The notes beneath the pieces were generated by a model, which saw only the letters and a list, made by a program, of their open reading frames with translations, was not told the DNA's origin and did not search any database. From Opitutales bacterium (GTDB lineage Bacteria; Verrucomicrobiota; Verrucomicrobiia; Opitutales; Coraliomargaritaceae), in the NCBI GenBank assembly GCA_049606355.1, contig JBMYVL010000010.1:54397-86396 (forward strand): 32,000 nucleotides of DNA. Reading direction: 5' to 3'. Positions 9,581-20,537 of this stretch are shown here, one piece after another. The position numbers and the translations under genes are program-made. Each line of letters begins with the position of its first letter. Positions within the stretch are counted from its first letter, which is position 1.

Positions 9581-11572
9581 TTAGAGAAGTTCACGCGCGA
9601 CAGCGGCGACATTGTCAGCCGTCATGCCTAGCGCTTCCATTACTTGCCCACCCGGAGCGGACAGTCCAAAGCGATCGATGCAGACAGTCTTGCCTTGCAG
9701 GCCTACATAGCGCCCCCAAGTGTTGGAGACTCCTGCTTCAACGGCGACGCGGGCGTGGCAATCGCTCGGTAGGACGCTCTCGATGTAGCTTTTGTCCTGC
9801 CGCTCAAAACGTTCGAAGCAGGGCAGTGAGACAACGCGAACACCGTCCCCCAGTTGTTTCGCTGCCCCGAGCGCGTGCTGCAGTTCGGAGCCGGTGGCCA
9901 TCAAAATGAGTTTAAGTGCGCCGCTCTCCTGGTGGGCGATATAGCCGCCCCGTAAGGTGCCTTCACGGCGTGCGGTGGCACTGAGGGCGGAGTTGGACGG
10001 CACGCCTTGGCGGGTGAAGACCAGTGCAGTCGGTCCATCGGTGCGTGTCATCGCGGCGGCATAAGCACCTGCCACTTCTTCTGCGTCCGATGGGCGGATG
10101 ACATCGAGATTCGGAATGACGCGTAAGCCACTGACAGTTTCCACCGGTTGGTGGGTTGGCCCATCCTCACCGACTCCAACGGAGTCGTGTGTGAAGATGT
10201 AGGTCACTGGTAGTTTGGCCAATGCGGCCAGTCGAATCGCCGGGCGGAGGTAGTCTGCGAAGACAAGAAAAGTCGCGCCACTCGCATTAAACAGACCGTC
10301 GTAGGCAATACCATTACAAATCGCGCCCATGGCGTGCTCGCGAATACCAAACCAAATGTTACGCCCGGTATAGTCTGCTGCGCTACAATCGCCACCGTCC
10401 TGGATGTAATTTTTAGTGGAGCCGTAGAGGTCGGCAGAGCCGGTGATCAGTTGCGGCACAGCTTTTGCGACTGCTTGGATGACAGTGCCGCCGGTTGCGC
10501 GAGTGGCTGCGTTGGTATCTGCGGCGAATTCAGGGATTTGCTCGAGTAGGTCGTCAGGTATCCGGTGCTCGACGCCCGCACTCAATTCGGCAGCTAATTC
10601 GGGGTGCGCGGCCTGCCATGCGTGGTAAGTCGCTTCCCATTCTGCATACTTAACCTGTGCGGCGGTCGCTTGCGCTGCAAAGTGCGCACGCACAGCTGGA
10701 GAGACGTAGAACGTCTCTTCTGGCAGCCCCAAGCCTTGACGAGCACTTTCAGCAAATTTAGCACCGCCTTCGCCATGGCCGCCTGCAGTACCTGCAACTT
10801 CTGGAATGCCTCGGGCAATTTCGGTCTTCGCAATCAGGACCTTCGGCTTGCCATTGTCATTACGCTTCGCGTTGGCGACCGCCATCGAAATGGCATTTAA
10901 ATCGTGACCATCAATGGTGACAGCGTCCCAGCCCTGAGAACTAAAATAGGATTCCGCATCTTCGCTTTGTGTGCGGTCTGCCATGGCGTCGAGCGTAACG
11001 TCGTTCGAATCATAAATGAGGATGAGGTTGTCGAGTTGTGAATGACCGGCAAAGGCAATGGCTTCTTTGGCGACGCCTTCCTGCAGGCAACCGTCACCAT
11101 GGATGGCGAGAACATGGTGATCGAAGATGGTGTGCTCGGCGGTGTTGAATTTAGCCGCCGCACGTTTGCCGGAGAGCGCATAGCCGACGGCATTCCCGAT
11201 TCCTTGGCCCAGTGGCCCGGTTGTGGCTTCAACGCCAACGGTGTCACCAAACTCGGGATGCCCAGGTGTTTCGGAGCCCATTACGCGGAAGTTTTTCAGC
11301 TGTTCGAGGGACAAGTCATACCCGGCAATGTGCAACCAACTGTATAAAAACATGGATCCATGCCCGCCGGAGAGGATGAGCCGATCGCGGTTTAACCATT
11401 TGGGCGCGCTCGGATTATAGCGTAAGCCTCCGTTGCCATAGAGGGCCGCGCCAATTTCAGCACAGCCGAGGGGCAGGCCAAGGTGCCCGGAGTTACAGGC
11501 GTGAATGGCATCGATCGCAAGGCCACGGGCTTGAGCGGCGGCTTCGGTGAGGAGGGCGTTTGTGTCGGTCAT
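9581..11572 (-). CDS. tkt: Transketolase
   Basis: Contains [18 protein letters not shown], the GDGCLQEG (TPP-binding GDG) motif and [16 protein letters not shown]. The first 17 codons of the track ORF look like overextension, so I place the start at the ATG at 11572 ([12 protein letters not shown]...). Confidence 0.95.
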   Translation of the reverse strand: MTDTNALLTEAAAQARGLAIDAIHACNSGHLGLPLGCAEIGAALYGNGGLRYNPSAPKWLNRDRLILSGGHGSMFLYSWLHIAGYDLSLEQLKNFRVMGSETPGHPEFGDTVGVEATTGPLGQGIGNAVGYALSGKRAAAKFNTAEHTIFDHHVLAIHGDGCLQEGVAKEAIAFAGHSQLDNLILIYDSNDVTLDAMADRTQSEDAESYFSSQGWDAVTIDGHDLNAISMAVANAKRNDNGKPKVLIAKTEIARGIPEVAGTAGGHGEGGAKFAESARQGLGLPEETFYVSPAVRAHFAAQATAAQVKYAEWEATYHAWQAAHPELAAELSAGVEHRIPDDLLEQIPEFAADTNAATRATGGTVIQAVAKAVPQLITGSADLYGSTKNYIQDGGDCSAADYTGRNIWFGIREHAMGAICNGIAYDGLFNASGATFLVFADYLRPAIRLAALAKLPVTYIFTHDSVGVGEDGPTHQPVETVSGLRVIPNLDVIRPSDAEEVAGAYAAAMTRTDGPTALVFTRQGVPSNSALSATARREGTLRGGYIAHQESGALKLILMATGSELQHALGAAKQLGDGVRVVSLPCFERFERQDKSYIESVLPSDCHARVAVEAGVSNTWGRYVGLQGKTVCIDRFGLSAPGGQVMEALGMTADNVAAVARELL

Positions 11573-11752
11573 AGCAAATAGTACTTGAGTGCAGGCTGTC
11601 ATCAAATGCGTACAGCAAAGCACTTTACAGTGCGAAACTTACCAACAACGAAAAGGATAAACAATTGCGCTTAATGAATTTCTTTTTGAAGAATCGCACG
11701 TGGGTGGAATTCAGACTCGACTCGTGTTTGTGGCCGTCGGTAAACACTTCGT

Positions 11753-12178
11753 ATGTCACATCAGGAATTGGAAGAAGGCACGGCCCTCAATCTGGATTTT
11801 ACTAAGCTCCGTAAAGTTGCCAATTGTGCTGCGGATGTGCTGCCTGCGATCGCTCAAGATGCGCAGACCGGTGAAGTGCTAATTGTAGGTTATGCAAATC
11901 AGTTAGCTCTGGATACTGCACTTGAGTGCGGCATGGCCACTTTTTGGAGCACCAGTCGTGACGAACTCTGGATTAAAGGTAAAACCAGCGGCGATTACCT
12001 TAAAATTGAAGAGATTCGAGTGAACTGTGAGCAAAACTCAATTTTATATCGGGTGACGCCTGCAGGCAAAGGTGCCTGCCACACAAAAAACCGGCACGGC
12101 ACGGCACGCTCCGGATGTTATTACCGGCGCATTCAAGCCGATGGTTCACTCGCTTTCGTCGATCCCGAGCAGGTTTAA
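11753..12178 (+). CDS. hisI: Phosphoribosyl-AMP cyclohydrolase (monofunctional)
   Basis: Contains LIVGYANQLALDTALECGMATFWSTSRDELWIKGKTSGDYLKIEEIRVNCEQNSILY and ...GACHT, a typical HisI core. There is no HisE fusion. Confidence 0.9.
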   Translation: MSHQELEEGTALNLDFTKLRKVANCAADVLPAIAQDAQTGEVLIVGYANQLALDTALECGMATFWSTSRDELWIKGKTSGDYLKIEEIRVNCEQNSILYRVTPAGKGACHTKNRHGTARSGCYYRRIQADGSLAFVDPEQV

Positions 12179-12189
12179 GCAAAGAGTGG

Positions 12190-12735
12190 TCACCAAGCAC
12201 TTAGGATGGCATCGCTGATCTTGCGTGCGAGCCCTCGAGTCAAGCGTGGCATCGCTTGATATTCGGCGCGCGCATAACCATCCATGTGTGTGTCTTGGTA
12301 AGGGTTACCCGTGTAAGCTTGAGTTGATTCGTAGATGCTACGGTTTTGGATTAAGTAGCGATTCGTATGACGATCATACAAATCGATCTCAGCCACCAGT
12401 TGTAGGTTGAAATTGCGCGCAACTTCAGTGTCGGTGCTACTGCGTGCGTTGGCAGTACGGAGGTAGTCTTTGAGTTGAATTTGCAGCACAGCATCGGCTG
12501 CAGTTTCAGAGCCTACCAATTCCACCCGACCATCGCGGAGGAGCGCTTCGCGCACTTGCGTGCTGATCAGGGCTTGGGCTTGTGGGGCAAAGCTAGCGTT
12601 GTCTGCCGGTTGAACATAGATGCGCTCAAACGGGAGTGTCGCGCCATGGCCCCAACGGTAGTGCGCGCAACCACTGCTGAGGTGCAGCGTGAGCACGGTT
12701 AGGAGTCCGAAAAGTGTGGCGCGCAGTAGAAGCAC
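12190..12735 (-). CDS. LptE-like LPS-assembly lipoprotein (putative)
   Basis: 181 aa with a GTG start. The signal peptide ends ...HLSSGC and is followed by AHYRWG; compare E. coli LptE ...TAGC-GWHLR. The downstream pattern of alternating strands (VLQIQLKDYLRTANARS...NFNLQLVAEIDLY) resembles LptE. The call rests on pattern recognition only. Confidence 0.5.
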   Translation of the reverse strand: MLLLRATLFGLLTVLTLHLSSGCAHYRWGHGATLPFERIYVQPADNASFAPQAQALISTQVREALLRDGRVELVGSETAADAVLQIQLKDYLRTANARSSTDTEVARNFNLQLVAEIDLYDRHTNRYLIQNRSIYESTQAYTGNPYQDTHMDGYARAEYQAMPRLTRGLARKISDAILSAW

Positions 12736-12744
12736 AGGTCGTTG

Positions 12745-13785
12745 TTAATTCGCAAACAAGAGCGCTCGAAGAAAGCCGGCACCACTGGCTGGACGAATAC
12801 CAGCTTCAATGCCTTCGATACGCGTTTTCGCAGTCGCAGCTGCCTCAGAATTCGGAGCAATGGTGATTGCTTCGTTGTAAAAGACCAGTGCTGCGGTGTT
12901 GTTATTTCGATGGTAGTAATAAAAGTCGCCGAGGTGCAGACGGCTTTGTGAAAGTATATTTTCCATCTCTTTGAGCCGGGCTTCTACGACTCCGACCCTG
13001 TCGCTTTGTGGAAATAGAACCAAAAAGTCCTCGTAATAACTGATAGCTTTGCGGGTGGCGCCTTGGTCGTGTTCATCGCTCTGCACGAGGTCGGCGAAAG
13101 TTTCCGCGAGGTTGAAGTAGGCATCCGGAGCCAAGGTACTTTGCGGGTAGTAATTGATCAAACGATCCAAGGCATCAATTGACAGGTCAATTTGGTTTTG
13201 CTTTTGGGCAACAAGCGCGATGTTCAGCAATGCGAGGGGAGCGTAATCACCATAGGGTGCATTGCGAACAATGCGTTCAAATTGCAGGATGGATGCGCCC
13301 TCTTGTTTGAAAGTCGGGATGATACCAAAGAGCTTGCCACGTGCACCTTCCATAATTGCCGTCGCACATTCGAACTGTGCTTCGATCACCCGATCGAAAT
13401 GGGGGTATTGTGGGTGCTCCTTAACAATCGTTTGCAGGGTTTCGAAGGCTTTGAGCCAACGACCGTGTGACATGTAAAATGTGCCCTGTAAGTACAGCGC
13501 TTCACCGGCAGCTACCGTGGTGGGGTAGTTCTTGGTGACTTTTTTAAAGAGACGCACGGCACCGTTACTGCGGCCGCTTTCGAGTTTGGCGATACCTTGA
13601 TCGAGCAGGGCAGCCGCTGCGGCTTCGTCAGATTCGCTGGCAGCATTGTAGGCTTTGAGTTCTTCCGCTTCGGCCTCACCAAACCAGTCACTGGGGTTGA
13701 GCGAGAAGGCAGCGTGTAGATTTGCTGCCAAAGTCAGGCAAAGCGCAAGGGGGAGGGCTAGGATGAGACGCATAACTATTGCCAT
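12745..13785 (-). CDS. BamD/YfiO-like TPR outer-membrane assembly factor (putative)
   Basis: Has an N-terminal signal peptide and TPR-like helices with repeated Y/FPxS motifs ([38 protein letters not shown]). The C-terminal [23 protein letters not shown] resembles the BamD ...YY.kr..y.AA... segment. The start is either the ATG at 13785 (10-nt overlap with fabH) or the ATG at 13773 (2 nt after the fabH stop). There is no canonical lipobox. Confidence 0.55.
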   Translation of the reverse strand: MAIVMRLILALPLALCLTLAANLHAAFSLNPSDWFGEAEAEELKAYNAASESDEAAAAALLDQGIAKLESGRSNGAVRLFKKVTKNYPTTVAAGEALYLQGTFYMSHGRWLKAFETLQTIVKEHPQYPHFDRVIEAQFECATAIMEGARGKLFGIIPTFKQEGASILQFERIVRNAPYGDYAPLALLNIALVAQKQNQIDLSIDALDRLINYYPQSTLAPDAYFNLAETFADLVQSDEHDQGATRKAISYYEDFLVLFPQSDRVGVVEARLKEMENILSQSRLHLGDFYYYHRNNNTAALVFYNEAITIAPNSEAAATAKTRIEGIEAGIRPASGAGFLRALLFAN

Positions 13786-14774
13786 TTGATCAGTGCAGCG
13801 GCCCAGGTCAAGCCTGCCCCGAAGGCGACGAGTAGAATGAGATCACCGGAGCGTATTCGCCCCGCGCGATAGGCCTCATCCAGTGCGATGGCCACTGAAG
13901 CGGCGGAAGTGTTGCCGTAATGCTCCAGATTATTGTGAAACTTCTCCATCGGGATCTGTAAGCGTTTCGCGATACTCTCAATGATCCGCATGTTCGCTTG
14001 GTGTGGGATCACCAGGTTGAGGTCCTGTGGTTCGAAGCCGCATTGTTCGACGACTGCGATACTGGACTGCGCCATCACGCGTACGGCTTGCTTAAAAATT
14101 TCCTTACCGTTCATTTTGAGGAAATGCTGCCGATTGGCGACGGATTCCTCACTGGCAGGGATGGCGGATCCACCGGCGGGCTGTTGTAGGCAACTCGGAT
14201 TGGAGCCGTCGGATCCGGATAGCGAACCTAAGATGCCGACCGATTCGGTGGTGCTTCGGCTAAGGACTGCGGCACCGGCCCCATCACCAAATAAGACACA
14301 GGTCGTACGATCTTCAAAATCGAGAATACCACTGGTTTTTTCCGCACCAATTACCAGCGCCTTGTTGAATTGGCCGGACTGCAGCATACTGCTGGCAACA
14401 CTGAGCGCATAAACGAAGCCTGAACACGCGGCTTGCAAATCGAAGGCCATGGTTTGCGGCAGCCCCATCTGACTCTGGACCAAGCATGCCGTCGATGGAA
14501 AGGGCATGTCGGGCGTCATCGTGGCGACTAGGATCAAATCGATTTCACTGCGATCCACCTGGGCTGCTTCGAGAGCCTTTTCGGCAGCAGCGCAGGCCAT
14601 ATGACTGGTCGTTTCGTTCGCCGCGGCAAAGCGCCGCGCGCGGATGCCGGTACGAGTCCGGATCCATTCGTCAGAGGTGTCGACGATTTTGGCCATGTCG
14701 GCATTGGTCACGATTCGTTCCGGTGTGTACGAACCAGTGCCAAGAATGACGACGGATTGAGCTGCTGCTGACAT
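13776..14774 (-). CDS. fabH: Beta-ketoacyl-ACP synthase III
   Basis: Carries the active-site context [10 protein letters not shown], plus HQANMRI and GNTSAASV. Its 332 aa and position after plsX are both typical. Confidence 0.95.
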   Translation of the reverse strand: MSAAAQSVVILGTGSYTPERIVTNADMAKIVDTSDEWIRTRTGIRARRFAAANETTSHMACAAAEKALEAAQVDRSEIDLILVATMTPDMPFPSTACLVQSQMGLPQTMAFDLQAACSGFVYALSVASSMLQSGQFNKALVIGAEKTSGILDFEDRTTCVLFGDGAGAAVLSRSTTESVGILGSLSGSDGSNPSCLQQPAGGSAIPASEESVANRQHFLKMNGKEIFKQAVRVMAQSSIAVVEQCGFEPQDLNLVIPHQANMRIIESIAKRLQIPMEKFHNNLEHYGNTSAASVAIALDEAYRAGRIRSGDLILLVAFGAGLTWAAALIKWQ

Positions 14775-14803
14775 GTGGGAAATGGAAGTACCTAAAGAGA
14801 GCC

Positions 14804-15871
14804 TTAGTGTGCGTTCTCTTCGTCGTTGGTACGGATCATTGCATTAGCTTGATTGATCTCTGATTTTATGGAGTCAATCATATCATGCATCACAAGTTCA
14901 CGAGCGATGCGCAGTGCGTTACCAATTGCGATATAATTGGACGAGCCGTGCGACTTTAAAATGTTGCCGTTTAAACCGAGCAGCGGAGCGCCTGCATGTT
15001 GATCGGGGCTCAAGCGGGTGCGCATGTCACGAAACGCTGATTTAGACAGCGCCGCCCCAATCATACGCTTTGGGTTGCGGACCAGCTCTTCTTTGATGGT
15101 GTTGCCCACAAATGAAAACAAAGCTTCGCTGGCCTTGAGTAAGACATTGCCGACAAAACCATCGCAAACGATAACATCGATCTCACCTTCAAAGACTTGA
15201 AACCCTTCAATCAGCCCTGCGTAGTGGATCACGCCATCAATTTTCTGAAGGTGGGCATGGGTGGCGTTGATCAGGCTGTTGCCTTTGCCATCTTCGGTGC
15301 CAATCGTGAGCAGACCGACTCGTGGGCGCGAAATCTCGAGTGCCGATTTGGCGTAGTTGGCTCCTAAAATTGCATTGTGGACTAGATTTTCGGCAGTCGA
15401 TTCGGGATTAGCGCCGACATCGATCAATACGCAGGGCTTTTGTTTGGTGGGAATAATCGTTCCGAGGGCAGGACGCTCGACCCCTTCGAGTGGCCGTAGG
15501 CGCAGGGTACCGCCGGCCATGAGGGCACCGGTGTTGCCGCAACTCACCATGGCGTCCGCGTGCCCTTCGCGTACAAGGTGAATGGCCTGTACCATCGAAG
15601 AGTCCTTTTTGCTTTTCAGGGCGCTGATTGGTTTTTCATCCATTCCGATCACCTGGGTGGTGTGATGGATGTTGATGCGGGCCGGATCGATGCTGTGTTT
15701 GCGGACTTTGAGTAAGCGTTCAATCAGGCGTGCGTTACCGACAAAAGTATAATTACAATCGATGCCAAGTTCTTCGGTGGCATAAAGAAACCCACGGATA
15801 AACTCCGTGGGTCCTTTGTCACCGCCCATGGTGTCGACTGCAATGGTGCAGTTGACTGCGCTGGTGTTCAT
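14804..15871 (-). CDS. plsX: Phosphate acyltransferase PlsX
   Basis: Begins [12 protein letters not shown] and has the typical PlsX length. It sits between rpmF and fabH, as in the classical rpmF-plsX-fabH arrangement. Confidence 0.95.
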   Translation of the reverse strand: MNTSAVNCTIAVDTMGGDKGPTEFIRGFLYATEELGIDCNYTFVGNARLIERLLKVRKHSIDPARINIHHTTQVIGMDEKPISALKSKKDSSMVQAIHLVREGHADAMVSCGNTGALMAGGTLRLRPLEGVERPALGTIIPTKQKPCVLIDVGANPESTAENLVHNAILGANYAKSALEISRPRVGLLTIGTEDGKGNSLINATHAHLQKIDGVIHYAGLIEGFQVFEGEIDVIVCDGFVGNVLLKASEALFSFVGNTIKEELVRNPKRMIGAALSKSAFRDMRTRLSPDQHAGAPLLGLNGNILKSHGSSNYIAIGNALRIARELVMHDMIDSIKSEINQANAMIRTNDEENAH

Positions 15872-15903
15872 TGGGGTAAAGGCATTAAAATCGGATGCGT
15901 CGC

Positions 15904-16083
<180 letters not shown>

Positions 16084-16141
16084 AAAATGAGTCTCGTTGA
16101 GTGATACGTCGCAGGAAGCGACACTTTGTAAAAGAGCGGGG

Positions 16142-16169
16142 ATTAAAGAGGCTGAGATGCTGCCGTCAA
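16142..16169 (-). promoter_or_regulatory. Candidate sigma70-type promoter for the rpmF-plsX-fabH cluster
   Basis: The minus strand reads TTGACG (16169..16164), a 16-nt spacer, then TTTAAT (16147..16142), about 55-60 nt upstream of the rpmF ATG. A small 5-bp hairpin (16108..16122) lies in the putative leader. This is a motif match only. Confidence 0.3.
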
Positions 16170-16177
16170 GTATTCTG

Positions 16178-16834
16178 TCAGGTTAATTTAAGGACTTCCT
16201 GTACCAATTTATTGATACCCATTTCGGCCTCAAGGATCGTTTGGGCTAGCATATAAGCTGGAGTCGAAACGATTTTGTGCGGCACATCGACGACGACATC
16301 GTCGACCGCACAGTTGTGGTGCCGCGCGCCTTTGCTCTCCAGTATGGCAGCGTAGTCTGGGTCATTGCCGATGGTGAGGGCCACGCCTAGATGGCCTAAG
16401 GCGGCCGCTGCCAGAGCTGGAGCAATGCACATAAAGCCGAGCGGTCGGCCCATCGTCTGAGCTTTTTCGATAACCTGCCGTACGATTGGATCGATGTCGT
16501 AGGTCGCCCCATCGTAAGCGAGGCTGGAGAGGGTCTTGGCAACACCGAAGCCACCTGCGAAGATCAGCGCGTCGACATTGGTGAGCTCGAGTTGGCTGAG
16601 TTGTGTGATGGAGCCGCGTGAAATGCGCGCGGCTTCTTCCATGACATTGCGATAGTCTTCGTCGTCATTGCTACCGGTGGCGTGATTGATGACTTCTTTT
16701 TGGTCGATGTTGGGGGCGACGCAGGACACGCTCGCTCCGGCGCGCGCCAGGGCGAGCAGGGTGAGCACGGCTTCGTGGATTTCGGCTCCGTCGTAAACGC
16801 CACAGCCAGACAGGATGAGAGCGACTTTTTTCAT
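16178..16834 (-). CDS. elbB: ElbB-type DJ-1/PfpI family protein (isoprenoid biosynthesis/glyoxalase-like)
   Basis: Begins MKKVALILSGCGVYDGAEIHE..., has ...FAGGFG... and the conserved Cys in FMCIAP. The 218 aa length fits. This N-terminus is very characteristic of ElbB. Confidence 0.85.
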   Translation of the reverse strand: MKKVALILSGCGVYDGAEIHEAVLTLLALARAGASVSCVAPNIDQKEVINHATGSNDDEDYRNVMEEAARISRGSITQLSQLELTNVDALIFAGGFGVAKTLSSLAYDGATYDIDPIVRQVIEKAQTMGRPLGFMCIAPALAAAALGHLGVALTIGNDPDYAAILESKGARHHNCAVDDVVVDVPHKIVSTPAYMLAQTILEAEMGINKLVQEVLKLT

Positions 16835-16892
16835 GTGATTAATTTAATCAAGCGCAGGGCAACTGCCAAGCTTGGATCGAGCGGATGGCAGG

Positions 16893-17912
16893 CTAAAGAA
16901 AGGTCAGCAGCACCAGTCCCGCGAGGCCGATCCGGTACCAAGCAAACAGGCTGAGGCCGTGTCGTGTCAGAAAATTGACCAACCATTTGACTGCAAGCCC
17001 AGCCGACAGTGCTGCGATGACGATGCCCAATAAGACTGGGCCCAGCGGCAGCGCTTCGACGATGAGGGGTCCCACACTCAGCATTTTATAGGCAGAGGCA
17101 GCACTCAGTGTAATGAGGCCGAGCAGAAAGCTAAATTCAGCTGCACGCACTGGGCACAGCCCGACAATGTAACCGCCGACGATCGTCATCATGGAGCGGC
17201 TCGTGCCCGGCCACATCGCCACACACTGCAACAAGCCAATCAGTAAACATTGACGCATGCGCAGTTCATGTAAGTCGGGGGATGCCGGCACTCCGGTGTT
17301 ACTTGGATGCGGATGCCGTTTGGTGTGCCAGCGCGTGACGGCCAGCATTAAAAGAGCGCCTGCGATCAGTGCGATGACGACCGGGCCGATTCCAAAGAGC
17401 ACGGACTCGATAAAATCATCCAGAAGTAAGCCCAGTACTGCAGCTGGCAGAAATGCCAGTAATAAGTTACGTAAGAGTATTAACCCTTGCGGATCTTTAC
17501 CCAGCAGGCCCATGAGGATTGTCAGCAGACGCTGCCAATAGAGTAATGCCACCGCTATGATCGCTCCGAATTGGATGATAATTGCGTAGGCATCGGCGGC
17601 ATTTGCGAGTGTGAAAGGGACTGGCTCGCCCGAATTCGTTTCAATCAGCACCGGCTTGCCTTCCTTGCTCTGCAGCGGGGTGTCGGCATCGAGCCCCAAT
17701 AGATGATTGGTAAGGATTAAATGCCCCGTGGAGGAAACCGGTAGGTATTCTGTGATGCCCTCGACGACTCCGAGCAGAATTGCATCTGTGTAAGTGAGTT
17801 GGCGTTCGATGGGAGTGGCGCCCGCGTCGACCTTCTCAGCCTGCGCTGTAAGCGTCGGTAAAAAGGCGCTAAGCAGGCAGGCGACCTTAAGTAGTGTACC
17901 AAAACGTTGCAT
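16893..17912 (-). CDS. uppP: Undecaprenyl-diphosphate phosphatase (BacA/UppP), with N-terminal extension and an internal insertion
   Basis: Contains GVVEGITEYLPVSSTGHLIL and PGTSRSMMTIVGG (PGxSRSG-like), in a polytopic protein. Compared with my recollection of E. coli UppP, there are about 40 extra N-terminal residues (signal-like) and about 27 extra residues after the SSTGH motif. Confidence 0.85.
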   Translation of the reverse strand: MQRFGTLLKVACLLSAFLPTLTAQAEKVDAGATPIERQLTYTDAILLGVVEGITEYLPVSSTGHLILTNHLLGLDADTPLQSKEGKPVLIETNSGEPVPFTLANAADAYAIIIQFGAIIAVALLYWQRLLTILMGLLGKDPQGLILLRNLLLAFLPAAVLGLLLDDFIESVLFGIGPVVIALIAGALLMLAVTRWHTKRHPHPSNTGVPASPDLHELRMRQCLLIGLLQCVAMWPGTSRSMMTIVGGYIVGLCPVRAAEFSFLLGLITLSAASAYKMLSVGPLIVEALPLGPVLLGIVIAALSAGLAVKWLVNFLTRHGLSLFAWYRIGLAGLVLLTFL

Positions 17913-18016
17913 CGCCGCACGCTAGCTTTGAACTGCGCCTTGTAAAGGTGTATTCACCCGAGCCTGCTTTAGGCTTGTGGTTCCTTGCTCAATTTATTGC
18001 CCTCCACCTATTCGAT

Positions 18017-19075
18017 ATGACTGACTTAGGTAACTATACGGCTCAACTGCATGAGGGTGCGGACCTGAGCGCGACACAGGCTGCATCAGCTGCGGCGCTG
18101 TTGGCAGATCCAGAACCTTCCCTGGAGGTAAAAAAAGCCTTCTTGGTGGCGTTGGCGGAGAAAGGTGAATCGCCGATCGAGGTCACTGCCTTTGCGCAGA
18201 CGTTTCGCGGTCTCGCAGTGGATCCGGGTGTGAGTGAGTGGGCAGATGCCGCAATTGATGTGTGTGGCACGGGCGGCGATGGCTCGGGTACCTTTAATAT
18301 ATCGACTGCGGTTGCCTTTGTTTTAGCAGCGGCCGGTGTACCTGTTTTTAAGCATGGCAATCGCTCCATTACATCGAAGTGTGGTAGTGCGGATTTAATG
18401 GAGGCGCTGGGAATTCGCCTGGAAGTCCCCCATGAGGTGCTCCGCGAGTCGTTGCGGGAATTGAATTTCTGTTTCTTCTTTGCGCCAAATTTTCATCCTG
18501 CATTCAAAGAGGTGATGCCGGTTCGCAAGGCCTTGGCGGCTCAAAATGTACGCACGATCTTTAATTTACTGGGTCCATTGATAAATCCGGGACGCCCGGC
18601 ACATCAGCTATTGGGGGTCTTTTCATCGGCATGGGTACCGCCGTTGGCTGAAGCCCTAGGTCAATTAGGCTTACGCAGCGCGCTGGTGGCGCACGGTTCG
18701 CCTACGCCGCAATGCGGCTTGGATGAGCTCAGTTGTGCAGGGACCAATCATGTCGCTGGGTGCGGGGCACTCAGTCAAGTGAGTGGGTCCTTGCTTGCGG
18801 CAGATGCGGGCTTGCCTAGCTGTGAGTTTGAGGACTTGGCAGGAGGTGACGCTGCTGCTAATTTAGCGACCTTACACGCGTTGATGAGTGGTGCGCCCGA
18901 AGCAGTGCCTTCTGGGTTACGTGACAGTGTGTTGTTCAATGCGGGAGCCGCCTTCTGGGTTGCCGGTCGAAGTGTTGATTTACAGTCCGGTGTAGACCTT
19001 GCTCGAATGACCTTGGAGTCGGGTGCAGTCGCGAATTGGTTGCAGCGTGTCGGCGCGTTTTATGCCTCGATTTAA
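18017..19075 (+). CDS. trpD: Anthranilate phosphoribosyltransferase
   Basis: Contains CGTGGDGSGTFNISTA, KHGNRS and the LGPLINP motifs. The track ORF starts at 17894 and overlaps the divergent uppP, so I prefer the ATG at 18017 (MTDLGNYTAQL...). Confidence 0.9.
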   Translation: MTDLGNYTAQLHEGADLSATQAASAAALLADPEPSLEVKKAFLVALAEKGESPIEVTAFAQTFRGLAVDPGVSEWADAAIDVCGTGGDGSGTFNISTAVAFVLAAAGVPVFKHGNRSITSKCGSADLMEALGIRLEVPHEVLRESLRELNFCFFFAPNFHPAFKEVMPVRKALAAQNVRTIFNLLGPLINPGRPAHQLLGVFSSAWVPPLAEALGQLGLRSALVAHGSPTPQCGLDELSCAGTNHVAGCGALSQVSGSLLAADAGLPSCEFEDLAGGDAAANLATLHALMSGAPEAVPSGLRDSVLFNAGAAFWVAGRSVDLQSGVDLARMTLESGAVANWLQRVGAFYASI

Positions 19076-19109
19076 GTCTTAGGGAGTCACGGACGGATAG
19101 AATAATTGT

Positions 19110-20468
19110 ATGGGTAAGTATTTTGGCACCGATGGCATTCGCGGTACGTATGGCGATGCATGTATCAATCCCGATTTTGCGTTCCGTCTGGGAGTCGCAT
19201 TAGCTCGGTATTTGTTGGAAAGACACCCGGACCAGCCGCTGAATGTAGTGATCGGCCAGGATACGCGTGCGAGCGGTGTGGCGCTGACGGCTGCGCTGAC
19301 CAGCGGGCTCAACCAACACGGAGTATATGTGCATCATCTTGGGGTGGTGCCGACGCCAGCGGTAGCCTTGTCAGTTGTAGAGCAGCAACACCATCTGGGG
19401 ATCGCGGTGACGGCATCACACAATCCGGCCACTGATAACGGCATCAAACTTTTCAATGGGCAGGGCTTTAAGTTCTCCGAGCTTGAGGAGGCCAAAATCG
19501 AAGCTTTGGTGGATGCGGAGGCAGCACCCACTGCCGAACAGCTCGAGCCGAGCAAAGCTTATCCAGTGGATGGCGCGGATCACTACATCAATTATATCAG
19601 TTCTCTGTTGGATCAGAATTGCTTGCAGGGCTGGACGATTGTCCTCGATCTGGCCAATGGTGCGACTTGTAAGACGACGCCCGCAGTGTTTCGCCGTTGG
19701 GGGGCGCAGACGATTCTGATCGGTGATCAGCCGGACGGCGACAACATCAACCTCGGCGTCGGCAGTGAACACCCCGACAAGCTCGGGAAGGCCGTCGTTG
19801 CCAATACAGCCAATCTCGGCATTGCTCACGATGGCGACGGCGACCGCCTGGTCGTCTGTGATGAGAGCGGTACGGTTGTTGACGGGGACATCCTGCTCGC
19901 GCTCTTCGGTGTCTACGCGCTTGGTACCGACACTCTAAAAGCCAAGACCCTCGTTGCCACCATCCAAAGTAACCTAGGTCTCGACCATGCCATTCGCGAT
20001 GCAGGCGGCTTCGTCGAGCGCACTGATGTGGGCGACCGAAATGTCGCCATGTGCATGCGCGAACGCGGTGCCAATGTTGGCGGCGAAAACTCCGGCCACA
20101 TCATTTTTTCCGATTTCGCTACCACCGGCGATGGTCTGCTGGCTGCTCTCAAGGTGATCGAGCTCATGTGCAAAACCGGCAAGAAGCTCTCCACACTTCG
20201 CGAGGAGATTACGCTCTTTCCACAAATGACGCTTAACCTCCGGGTCGCGGAAAAGATCCCGCTGGCCGAGCTTAGCAAACTCCCTGCAGCCATCGCGAAA
20301 CTAGAGACAGACTTCGGGGCAGACGGCCGTGTCTTGATTCGCTACTCCGGCACCGAGCCGAAACTTCGCATGTTGGTCGAGGGTAAGAACGAGAAGGTCA
20401 TCGCCGCAGCTATGAAGGCTCTGGAAACCGCCGCCCGTGCGGAGCTCGAAGTGCTGGATCCCGCCTGA
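19110..20468 (+). CDS. glmM: Phosphoglucosamine mutase
   Basis: Begins MGKYFGTDGIRG, has the phosphoserine loop TASHNPATDNGIK, the metal loop HDGDGDR, and GGENSGH. Confidence 0.95.
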   Translation: MGKYFGTDGIRGTYGDACINPDFAFRLGVALARYLLERHPDQPLNVVIGQDTRASGVALTAALTSGLNQHGVYVHHLGVVPTPAVALSVVEQQHHLGIAVTASHNPATDNGIKLFNGQGFKFSELEEAKIEALVDAEAAPTAEQLEPSKAYPVDGADHYINYISSLLDQNCLQGWTIVLDLANGATCKTTPAVFRRWGAQTILIGDQPDGDNINLGVGSEHPDKLGKAVVANTANLGIAHDGDGDRLVVCDESGTVVDGDILLALFGVYALGTDTLKAKTLVATIQSNLGLDHAIRDAGGFVERTDVGDRNVAMCMRERGANVGGENSGHIIFSDFATTGDGLLAALKVIELMCKTGKKLSTLREEITLFPQMTLNLRVAEKIPLAELSKLPAAIAKLETDFGADGRVLIRYSGTEPKLRMLVEGKNEKVIAAAMKALETAARAELEVLDPA

Positions 20469-20537
20469 GCGCGCGCATAATTACATTGTTGGCGACAATC
20501 TTGTTGAGCGGCGAGGCTGCCTGCGCTAAGGATTTGG

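Noticed and set aside
13981-14412. 143-aa plus-strand ORF antisense to fabH
   Set aside because: It is the same kind of antisense artefact, and the fabH frame is unambiguous.
16853-16868. Sigma54-like element TGGCAG-N5-CTGCG (GG-N10-GC spacing) on the minus strand upstream of elbB
   Set aside because: Both half-sites deviate from consensus (TGGCAC / TTGCW). It would leave almost no leader before the ATG. No enhancer-binding-protein gene is nearby. A similar TGGCAG upstream of the helicase gene (near 6214) fails the GC spacing.
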